A stretch of 64,000 nt of DNA, taken from NCBI GenBank assembly GCA_965153285.1, contig OZ229111.1; one strand, given 5' to 3'. Positions 1 through 10,900 of the stretch are shown in pieces. The position numbers and the translations under genes were made by a program. The number at the start of each line of letters is the position of its first letter. Positions within the stretch are counted from its first letter, which is position 1. The notes beneath the pieces were generated by a model that saw nothing but the letters and a program-made list of their open reading frames with translations, was not told the origin of the DNA and ran no database searches. The stretch is from Podarcis tiliguerta. Its lineage: Eukaryota.

Positions 1-258
1 CTGTTTATGAGGACGAGAATGGGTTTGTGTACTCATTGAAGATTGGCATGGTTTCAATAATTACAGAGGCATAGTGTGGGAGAGGCATTGGGGCCATGGC
101 CCCAAGCCAACATTTTTGAAGGGGTGCAATCAGGTGCCCCCATGACAGGCAAGGAACCCTGGCAGTGCACACCCCAACCCCAGCTGCCCAGTCTACCGGG
201 GGGGGGGGTGGTGAGACCGCCCCAGGTGTCAGCAATCCATGAGGCCGCTAGATGAGTA

Positions 259-484
259 CAGTGGTACCTCTGGTTATGAACTTAATTCGTTCCGGGGGTC
301 CATTCTTAACCTGAAACTGTTCTTAACCTGAAGCACCACTTTAGCTAATGGGGCCTCCTGCAGCTCCCACACTGCCGGAGCACGATTTCTGTTCTCATCC
401 TGAAGCAAAGTTCTTAACCCGAGGTACTATTTCTGGCTTAGCGGAGTCTATAACCCGCAGTGTTTGTAACCCGAGGTACCACTG
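259..484. mobile_element. Tc1/mariner (pogo/Tigger-like) MITE
   Basis: TIRs CAGTGGTACCTC...GAGGTACCACTG flanked by TA on both sides; no ORF. Confidence 0.85.
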
Positions 485-591
485 TATAGGCTTTTCCCAT
501 GGTCTTGACTGGCACAATCAGATTATAAGTCATGAACCCTCATCTTCAATCCCAGTTTCAATTTAATTTTGTGTATTGATTTGCATTTCAG

Positions 592-648
592 ATGATGAAG
601 GAAGGTGCTACATGCTGGGAACCTAGCTCTCGAGGACATCAGAGACAG
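592..648 (+). CDS. FAXDC2: FAXDC2 first coding exon ([19 protein letters not shown])
   Basis: tttcag|ATGATGAAG acceptor directly before the ATG; CAG|gtaaaa donor, phase 0; MMK start as in human. Confidence 0.8.
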
Positions 649-1948
649 GTAAAAGGTACCACTCCCACAGCTTTCAGTGGTACAGTTTTAAAGTTGATAG
701 GGAAAGGTGCCGAATTCCAAAAGCAGAGAATTCAATCCATAGCTACAAAGAAATTTTGGAATGCGCTCAGAGTGTGCTCCTGATGCTTCCTTTTGAATTT
801 GCTGCATTATTTTTCTTTATTCGTTTTTATATACCACTTATATCCCAAAATATAACTGGTGTACAACTACAAAATCAATACAGAATTAAAATACACAGTA
901 ACAGTTCCTTTGGGCAGCAGGCCTGGATTTGGGCAGGGAGAGCAAGATAGCTTTCCATTATTTTCATTTACAGTGGTGCCTCGCAAGACGAAAAGAATCC
1001 GTTCCGTGAGTCTCTTCGTCTAGCGGTTTTTTCGTCTTGTGAAGCAAGCCCATTAGCGGATTAGCGCTATTAGCGGTTTAGCGGCTATTAGCGGCTATTA
1101 AAGGTTTAAGGGATTAGCGGATTAGCTGCTAAAAGGCTATTAGCATCTTAGTGCCTTAGAAAAAGGGGGTGGGGAGCGAAAAAACCCCTCAAGAATCGCA
1201 AGACATTTTCGTCTTGCGAAGCAAGCCCATAGCAAATTCGTCCTGCGAAGCACCTCCAAAACGGAAAACCCTTTCGTCTAGCAGGTTTTCCGTCTTGTGA
1301 GGCATTCGTCTTGCGGGGCACCACTGTATTTCATAAAATGTATCTAATGCTTGATTGTATATATATTTAAAAACCTCAAAGAGATTTACAAACAGAATAA
1401 AACAATAACATGCACTAAATGGAGGTGCCAGGGAATCCCCACATACAACACATTACAGTAATCCAGTCTTGAACTATCCAATGCATAAACTACTGTGGCC
1501 AAGTTTCCCAGTTCAGGAATGGTCATGGCTGTTGTACCATTTGCAGTTGGTAAAAGGCACTTCTAGCCACTGAGGCTACCTCCAATGATCCAACTACCTT
1601 CTGGAGTTGGATCCAGAAGCTCCCTCCCCCCCCCCAAACTGTGAATCTGCTCTTTCAGGGAGCATTGCAACCCCATCCAGGGTAGGTAGGCAGTTGACCA
1701 ATTTATTGGACGTGGAAACGATGACCCACAGTGCCTCTGTCTTTCCAGGATCAAAGTTCAGCTTGTTTTTCTCAGAAACTGTACGTTCTGTTCAAATTAA
1801 GATGCTGTGGAGAGATAGAGCAGCTTGTCATTTGCATTCTGAGGGCACCTCCCTGCAAGATTCCTAATAACCATTCCCAGTGTCTTCATATAGATATTGA
1901 ATAACAGTGGAGATTAGTTCAAGCCCTGTAGTTACCCATTTAATTGTG

Positions 1949-1981
<33 letters not shown>

Positions 1982-4900
1982 TGTGTGTGTGGTTGACGAA
2001 ATGGAAGCTAAACTAAACTAGGGTGTCACCTTCACCGGTCAATAGAATTGGTGTTAAAGTCCACTGCTTATTCCAGCAGATCAATGCTAATAATTTCTCA
2101 TCAACATTTCAGAACAATCCTGTGACACACCACCCCAATCTCTACAGCAGTGTGAGATTCCAGGCGTCCAGGCACTTAACCCAGGGCCTGAGTTTCCTTT
2201 TTTTTATATATATAAATATTTTTTATTAAGTTTGACATAAAAAAAATAGAGACAACATACAATAAACAGCAAGCAAAACAGAAAAAATACACAATTATCA
2301 AAGAAAGAAAAAAATAAAAAATAAAAACAACAAGAATAAAAACATTAACTTGTTTCTCCGACTTCCCCAAGCCTTCCTTCCCTGTATTCCAAATCATACC
2401 ATCAAACAGCAAATCCCTTCCCTCTGTCTTAATTAAATTTTTATCTTAATTTAAATATCCTAATTTAGATTGTTCAATTCTTATATCTTAAAATGTTGGA
2501 TCTTTTAATTTTTGAAATTTTTAACTAATAACCTTTTACATTCAATCTGATGTCCTTCTAACATTCATTAATCTTATAATATTTCTGTAAATAATCTTTG
2601 AACTTCTTCCAATCCTCTTTCACCGTCTCTTCTCCCTGGTCTCTGATTCTGCCAGTCATTTCAGCCAGTTCCATATAGTCGATTACTTTCATCTGCCATT
2701 CTTCCAGAGTGGGTAGTTCTTGTGTCTTCCAATGCTGTGCGATGAGTATTCTTGCTGCTGCTGTAGCATACATAAAAAAAGTCCTATCTTTCTTTTGCAC
2801 CTGTTGGCCGACCATGCCCAGAAGAAAGGCCTCTGGTTTCTTCAGAAAGGTGTATTTAAACACTTTTTTCATTTCATTATAGATCATCTCCCAAAATGTC
2901 TTAATCCTTGGGCATGTCCACCAAAGGTGGAAGAAAGTTCCTTCAGTTTCTTTACATTTCCAACATTTATTATCGGGCAAATGATAGATTTTTGCTAACC
3001 TGACGGGTCATGTACCATCTGTATATCATTTTCATAATATTCTCTCATAAGGCATTACATGCCGTAAATTTCATACCAGTGGTCCATAACCGTTCCCAGT
3101 CAGCCAGCATTATATTGTGCCCATCTTGTGCCCATTTAATCATTGCGGATTTCACCATCTCATCCTGTGTATTCCATTTCAACAGCAAGTTATACATTCT
3201 TGACAAGGTCTTAGTTTTGGATTCTAGCAATTCTGTTTCCAATTTTGATTTTTCCACCTGGAAGCCAATTTTCCTATCCAATTTATAAGCCTCCATTATC
3301 TGATAGTAATGAAGCCAATCACGGACTTTACTTTTTAGTTTGTCAAAACTCTGCAGTTTCAATTTATCTCCCTCTTGTTCTAAGATCTCCCAATATTTTG
3401 GCCAGTTGGCCTCCATATTGAGTCTTTTTAAAGCTTTTGCTTCCATTGGTGACAGCCACCTTGGGGTCTTATTTTCAAATAAATCTTTATATCTATTCCA
3501 TACGTTAAACAGTGCTTTCCTGACAATGTGAATTTTAAACATTCATTTTAAACATTTTAAACATTCTATGCACTTTAACTTTGTCATACCATAAATATGC
3601 AGGCCAACCAAACACATTATTAAATCCTTCTAAATCTAATATATCTGTATTTTCAAGAAGTAGCCATTCCTTCAGCCAGCAGAAAGCTGCTGCTTCGTAA
3701 TCGTGCTGTGCCGCCAGAGCACGATTTCTGTTCTCATCCTGTAGCAAAGTTCTTAACCTGAGGTACTATTTCTGGGTTAGCGGAGTCTGTAACCTGAAGT
3801 GTATGTAACCTGAGGTAACACTGTACTAAAACAAGCAATGAGGAGAGAAATTAGAAGAAAAGGAGGAGGGTAAAACTGTTCCAGCTAAGGAAAAGATGCT
3901 AGGGCAAACAAGAGGGAAGGGGGTGTTGAAACAAAGCCACTGTGCAGCTGATCAGCAAGCGATCAGGAGAGAGATAAGGGACGCTAGCGATAAAGGAGGC
4001 TGCCTGGAAGCGGGGAGGTAAAAGCACATGGATCCTCAGGATTTTTGCATTGGGTCACCCCAAATTAACCATCAAATCACATAGCATGTCCATGGCTACA
4101 GCCTGCACCCAAAAAAACATGCATCCACTGTTTCGTGGGGTCGCAATGGCGCAAAAACGTGGTTACAAGTCATAGAATCATAGAGTTGGAAGAGACCACA
4201 AGGGCCATCGAGTCCAACCCCCTGCCAAGCAGGAAACACCATCAGAGCATTCCTGACATATGGTTGTCAAGCCTCTGCTTAAAGACCTCCAAAGAAGGAG
4301 ACTCCACCACACTCTTTGGCAGCAAATTCCACTGTCGAACAGCTCTTACTGTCAGGAAGTTCTTCCTAATGTTTAGGTGGAATCTTCTTTCTTGTAGTTT
4401 GGATCCATTGCTCCGTGTCCGCTTCTCTGGAGCAGCAGAAAACAACCTTTCTCCCTCCTCTACATGACATCCTTTTATATATTTGAACATGGCTATCATA
4501 TCACCCCTTAACCTCCTCTTCTCCAGGCTAAACATGCCCAGCTCCCTTAGCCGTTCCTCATAAGGCATCATTTCCAGGCCTTTTGGTTGCCCTCCTCTGG
4601 ACACGTTCCAGTTTGTCAGTGTCCTTTTTGAACTGTGGTGCCCAGAACTGGACACAGTACTCCAGGTGAGGTCTGACCAGAGCAGAATACAGTGGCACTA
4701 TTACTTCCCTTGATCTAGATGCTATACTCCTATTGATGCAGCCCAGAATTGCATTGGCTTTTTTAGCTGCCGCGTCACACTGTTGGCTCATGTCAAGTTT
4801 GTGGTCAACCAAGACTCCTAGATCCTTTTCACATGTACTGCTCTCAAGCCAGGTGTCACCCATCTTGTATTTGTGCCTCTCATTTTTTTTGCCCAAGTGC

Positions 4901-7900
4901 AATACTTTACATTTCTCCCTGTTAAAGTTCATCTTGTTTGTTTTGGCCCAGTTCTCTAATCTGTCAAGGTCGTTTTGAAGTGTGATCCTGTCCTCTGGGG
5001 TGTTAGCCACCCCTCCCAGTTTGGTGTCATCTGCAAATTTGATCAGGATGCCCTTGGGTCCATCATCCAAGTCGTTGATAAAGATGTTGAATAAGACCGG
5101 GCCCAAGACAGAACCCTGTGGCACCCCACTAGTCACTCTTCTCCAGGATGAAGAGGAACCATTGATGAGCACCCTTTGGGTCCGGTCAGTGAGCCAGTTA
5201 CAAATCCACTGAGTGGTAGCATAGTCAAGACCACATTTTACCAGCTTCTTTACAAGAATATCATGGGGCACCTTGTCAAATGCCTTGCTGAAATTAAGGT
5301 AGGCTACATCCACTGCGTTCCCTTCATCTACCAGGCTTGTAATTCTGTCAAAAAACGAGATCAGGTTAGTCTGACATGACTTATTTTTCAGAAATCCATG
5401 CTGACTATTGGTGATCACAGCATTCCTTTCTAGGTGCTCACAGACTGCTTAATGATCTGCTCCAGAATATTCCCTGGTATTGATGTCAGACTGACTGGGC
5501 GATAATTATTTGGGTCCTCTCTTTTCCCCTTTTTGAAAATAGGGACAACATTAGCCCTTCTCCAGTCTGCCGGGACTTCGCCTGTTCTCCAGGAATTCTC
5601 AAAGATGACTGCCAGTGGTTCTGAGATCACATCTGCCAGTTCTTTAAATACTCTTGGATGCAGTTCATCTGGCCCTGGAGACTTGAATGCATCTAAACTA
5701 TTCTTGTACTATCTCCTTAGTTATTTTGGGCTGTGTTTCCTCTGCTGAATCATTTGCTCCAAATTCTTCAGGTCGGGCATTGTTTTCCTTATCGGAGAAG
5801 ACTGAGGCAAAGAAGGCATTGAGGAGTTCAGCCCTTTCTGTGTCCCCTGTTTGCATTTCACCATCTTCTCCTCTGAGTGACCCCACTGTTTCTTTGTTCT
5901 TCCTTTTGCTACAGACATACCCATAAAAGCCTTTTTTGTTGCTTTTAACCTCTCTAGCAAGCCTGAGTTCATTCTGTGCTTTAGCTTTTCTGACTTTGTG
6001 TCTACATGTGCTGGCTATTTGTTTGAATTCCTCTTTAGTGGTTTCCCCCCTTTCCCATTTTTTGTACACATCCTTTTTTAATCTTAACTCTGTTAAAAGT
6101 TCTTTAGATAGCCACCCTGGCTTCTTTAGGCACCTTCCATGTCTCATTGGTATTGCCTGAAGTTGTGCTTTTACTATCTCCCTCTTGACAAACTCCCAGC
6201 CATCATGAACTCCCTTTCCTTTTAGTATTACTGTCCATGGGATCTCACCCAGCACTTCCCTAAGTTTTATGAAGTCGGCTTTCTTAAAGTCAAGAAATTG
6301 AGTCCTAGTATGCTTGGCTGCTCCTTTCCACTGTATAGTAAACTTCAGAAGAGCATGATCACTCGCACCTAATGATCCTTCCACTTCTACCCCACTAACC
6401 AGGTCATTAACATTGGTTAGGACCAGATCTAAAATGGCTGTTCCTCTTGTTGCTTCTCCCACTTTCTGGACAATGAAGTTGTCTGCGAGGCCAGTGAGGA
6501 ATCTGTTTGACCTTATGCTCTTGGCTGAGTTTGACATCCAACAAATATCCGGGTAATTGAAGTCCCCCATTACTACTATCTCCCTTCCTTTTGCTTGCTT
6601 GGCCATCTGTTCCAGGAAGGCATCATCTATGTCCTCCGTTTGGCTTGGGGATCTATAGTAAACTCCCACAATGAGGTCTCTGTTATTCTTCTCTCCCTTA
6701 ATTTTGACCCAAATGCTCTTACTTTGGCTTTGAGGTTCTAAATCTTGGATCTCTTCACAGGTATACACATCCCTGACATATAACACCACTCCTCCTCCTT
6801 TCTTGTCTGGTCTGTTTCTCTGAAATAGATTGTATCCCTCCATTATTACATTCCAATCGTGGGACTTATTCCACCAGGTTTCAGTGATGCCTATTATGTC
6901 ATATTTAGTTTGCTGTACCAAGAGCTCAAGCTCATCTTGTTTATTTCCCATGCTTTGCGCATTAGTGTACAGACATTGAAGTCCATTAATCATTCCCCCG
7001 TGTCTTTTATTTAAGGATTTTTTCCTCCCACCACTAGGTCTGCGTGCTGTTTGCTCCATTTGGTCTATGACATTTGGATGATCATCTTCATCAATTGATA
7101 GACTCCTACCTTCAGGAGCACTGTCTCCCTCCCCCACATTAGTCAGTTTAAAGCCCTCCTGATGAGGTTTCTGAGATTTTTGGCAAAAACACTCCTCCCA
7201 ACCGTTGTGAGGTGCAGCCCATCGCTTGCCAGAAGTCCATCTTCAAGAACCTGCAGTCCGTAATCTAAGAATCCAAACCGTTCCTGTTTACACCATTTGC
7301 GAAGCCAGCTGTTCACTTCCACTATTTTCCCCTCTCTCCCTGGGCCACGTCGTTCAACTGGGAGGACAGATGAGATAACAATTTGTGCATTTAATTGCTT
7401 CAATTTCCTGCCCAGAGCCTCGTAGTCTCTTTTGATCTTCTGGAGGCTATTGCTTGCAGTGTCATTGGTTCCCACATGAACCAAGAGGAAGGGGTATTTG
7501 TCAGTGAGTTTTATGATTCCTTGCAGTCGTTCAGTTACATCTTGGATCTTAGCCCCAGGGAGACAGCACACCTCCCGAGACATCTTGTCAGGCCCACAGA
7601 TCACTGCTTCTGTTCCCCTCAGTAGGGAATCCCCTATCACCACTACACGCCTCCTCTTAGGTTTGGTCGGGGTTCTTCCGTGAGCTGTCCGTTCCAAGGT
7701 CGCCTGCACATTCCCTGAGGACTGACTTTGCTGCTCGTCTTCATATACCTGATCGAATGTAATGAGGGAGAGATCCTCAAATGGAGTCTGTTCTTCGTCT
7801 TCCATGCTAGGGGAGAGGATTTCAAAGCAATTGTGTATTTATAAACAATCAGAGCGAACCCTGGGCCTCCTACTTCTTTGAGTCACGTTTCTCCATATAT

Positions 7901-10900
7901 CTGGCACCTGTGTTGGTGAACTAGCCTCCTTCTCACGGGTGTCCCCTGTCTCCTCCTTGGTGGAGACGGTGTTCTCTGTTGCTTCCAAGAAGAGCTCCAG
8001 CTCTCTAATTCTTTGGAGTGTAGCTACACGTTCCTCCAGTTGCTGGACTTTGTCTTTTAAGAGGGCAATCAACATACAATTGCTGCAGGTAAAGCTGCCT
8101 GCAACCTTTGGCAAGATGGCAAACATTGCGCAGGAACCGCAGGCGACTGCAGCTGTTCCCTCACCCTCCATCTTGAGAACGTGTCGTTGGGGGGTGGCTA
8201 CAGTGGTCCTCCATCTTAAAAAGCGTGAAAACAGGACAAATACCCCCCCCCAAAAAAAACCTAGGTCTCCCCCAACAAACGTTTGAGACTAGCTCCCCTA
8301 AACCTAAAAGATGGATCAAACTGCACAAGAAAACCCTTTTTGCTCCTTCTTCAGCTGCTGCCCTGCAAACTCTAATAAGCTCCTCCCACAGCTAATCACC
8401 TGACTCAACAGAAACCCTGCCCCCTCTGACCTTTGCACAGGGAGAGCAGCTAATCAGCCTTCTTCAGCTGCTGCCCTGCAAAGCATGGATCCACATGGAT
8501 TCTCAGGATTTTTGCAAACTCACCGTCAAATCACATATCATGTCTGTGGCCACAGCATGAACCACAAAAATCATACATCCACTGTTTCGTTCAGAATATT
8601 TTTTTTTCTTGTTTTGCTCCTCTAAAAACTAGGTGCGTCTTATGGTCAGGTGCGTCTTATGGAGTGAAAAATACGGTACATTGTTGCCCACAGCAATCGT
8701 GAACCTACCCCCTCCCACTCTGGCACTGTCTTTCTGGCTAACCCAGGGCTCAGGGCGGGGCTCTAGCCATTGCCTTGCACTTTATGGGCCTGGATTAATG
8801 ATTCATCTTCCAGGTTATCACCAGGCTTTGCTTATCTAATAATCAACATGAGCTGCATCCAAACCACAGACTGACTCTCCAACCCTTCATTAATTCTAAT
8901 TAGGGTGCCTCACACCCTACAAACTCACAACAGTACTCTGCCTACTGATATAAGACTCGTCCTTCATGGAAGGAGGTTGAGAGCAAACACCTATAGAGCT
9001 TCCAGTCTGTCTTTCCCCAAGGCAAGGAGCAGAAGCTTTTTGGAGAGTGGATGAGCGGGGTGTAAGTTCTGTCAACCTTTCCAAGGTTTTATATAACTCC
9101 TTTAAAGTACATTCATACTAGCTAGATTCCCATATTCTGTGCCTCTCATTCTCTCCATTTTTTGGCTTATTGACATTGAATATGCCCTTGTGTTTTCTTG
9201 TATTCTCAGGTATGGAAGTTCTGGGATTCGATGAAGACCGCTGCCTTTATACTGGGTCCTGCCCTGCTCATGTTTCTTGCTTTCAGGAACTCAGTCACAT
9301 GGTAAGTCCACCAGGTCCCTGGAGCTCAATAATGGTTTGGCCAAAAGGAAAGCAGCAACTACTACTGTCACAGGATCTCTTTTGTGTTTCAGGCACCTGG
9401 AGAAATTCTGGGGAGCCTCTGGCTTGTTCTGGCAGACTCAGTGGGAGAACTTCTACCACCTCCTAGGGAGAAATGAATGGGCGATTTTCATAGTTTGTGA
9501 GTCACTTTGAACTGAAGTCAGTTATTGTCTGTGTTTTTAATGGCTCTTTCAATTCTGTTAGGATTTAATTCCATTTTAATAATGGTCTTTTCTATGTTCT
9601 TAACTTGTTCTATTTTATCTGTGTAAGCTGCCTGAGTCTCAAATTGGGGGGAAAGGCAGAAATAGTAATATTTGTAATAGTAATAATAAGCTCATTTCTT
9701 ATCTATGTATAAGGGTGGTTTTGAATATAAAAGTTTTCCTGTAATATAATGCCTTGTCATATCTGTTCACCATTGGGCGTGTGCCCCATTGAACCCAAGC
9801 TTGCTGATACACAAGTTAGGCAAAACGTCCTGATTGACCAATAACACATACTGTCCCTATTCCTCCTTTCCTTCACAACATGCAGAGTTATGTGACGTGA
9901 CTTAGTTAAAGGTTTGGGGCTGTGGCCAAGGCACAGATTAACTCTCCAACCCTTCATTAATTCTAATTTTATTGGAACATTATGGTGCCTCACACCCTAC
10001 AAACTCACAACAGTACTCTGCCTACTGATATTACACTCGTCGTTCATGGAAGGAAGTTGGGAGACATTTTGGACTCACAGCTATCCATGGAGGCGCAGAT
10101 CAATTCTGTGGCCAGACAGCTGTCTACCAGCTCCACCTGGTATGCAGGCTGAGATTCTGCCTGCCCACAGACTGTCTCATCAGAGTGGTATGTGCTCTAG
10201 TTATCTCCCGCTTGGACTACTGCAACGTGCTCTACGTGGGGCTACCTTTGAAGGTGACATGGACACTACAACTAATCCAGAATGCGGCAGCTAGACTGGT
10301 GACTGGGAGTGGCCGCCAAGACCACATAACCCTGGTCCTGAAAGACATACACTGGCTCCCAGTATGTTTCCGAGCACAATTCAAAGTGTTGGTGCTGACC
10401 TTTAAAGCCCTAAATTGCCTTGGCCCAGTATACCTAAAGGAGCGTCTCCACCCCCATCGTTCATCCTAGACACTGAGGTCCAGCACCGAGGGCCTTCTGG
10501 TGGTTCCCTCACTGGGAGAAGTGAGGTTACTGGGAACCAGGCAGAGGGCCTTCTTGGTAGTGGTGCCCACCCTGTGGCACACCCTCCCATCAGATGTCAA
10601 GGAAATAAACAACTATCTGACTTTTAGAAGACATCTAAAGGCAGCCCTTTTTAAGGAAGTTTTTAATTTTTGATATTTTGATGCTGTATTATTATTATGG
10701 GTGGGGTATAAATAATAAGGTTGTTGTTGTTGTTATGGTGCTGCATCTCACCAAGGAACCTTTTGCATCTCTTCCTATGTAGCCCACTGGTATAATGCAA
10801 ATAGCAGGGGAACTTGTGGCCTTCCAGAGCAGGGGTCAGCAAGGTTTACCTCGCCTGAGCTGGTTCACTTCCCTCCATGGGCTGGATCGCGCACAATTTC

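Larger units (their letters stand above)
4170..8482 (-). mobile_element. Near-full-length CR1 LINE (5'UTR, ORF1, ORF2, (ATTCTATG)n tail), inactivated by a stop and small deletions
   Basis: ORF1 with CxxC...CxxC zinc finger, coiled coil and GDSL/SGNH esterase; ORF2 with APE endonuclease (YTNAQS, ITETWW, GDFN, SDH) and RT (FADD); CR1 3' end CTTCCAACTCTATGATTCTATGA. Confidence 0.97.
3826..8676. mobile_element. TcMar (Tc2-like, CCGTATTTT TIR) non-autonomous element split by the CR1 insertion; pieces ~3826-4169 and 8479-8676
   Basis: Both pieces are reverse-complement matches to the intact copy at 12129-13137; right TIR AAAAATACGG+TA at 8667-8678; left end missing. Confidence 0.8.

Noticed and set aside
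4135-8286. Plus-strand ORFs overlapping the CR1 (e.g. 4135-4467, 7939-8286)
   Set aside because: Antisense shadows of CR1 coding sequence with no recognisable motifs
4170-8482. CR1 as an intact autonomous element or domesticated esterase gene
   Set aside because: Premature stop in ORF1 and at least three frameshifting lesions in ORF2; it is an intronic insertion with a normal CR1 tail
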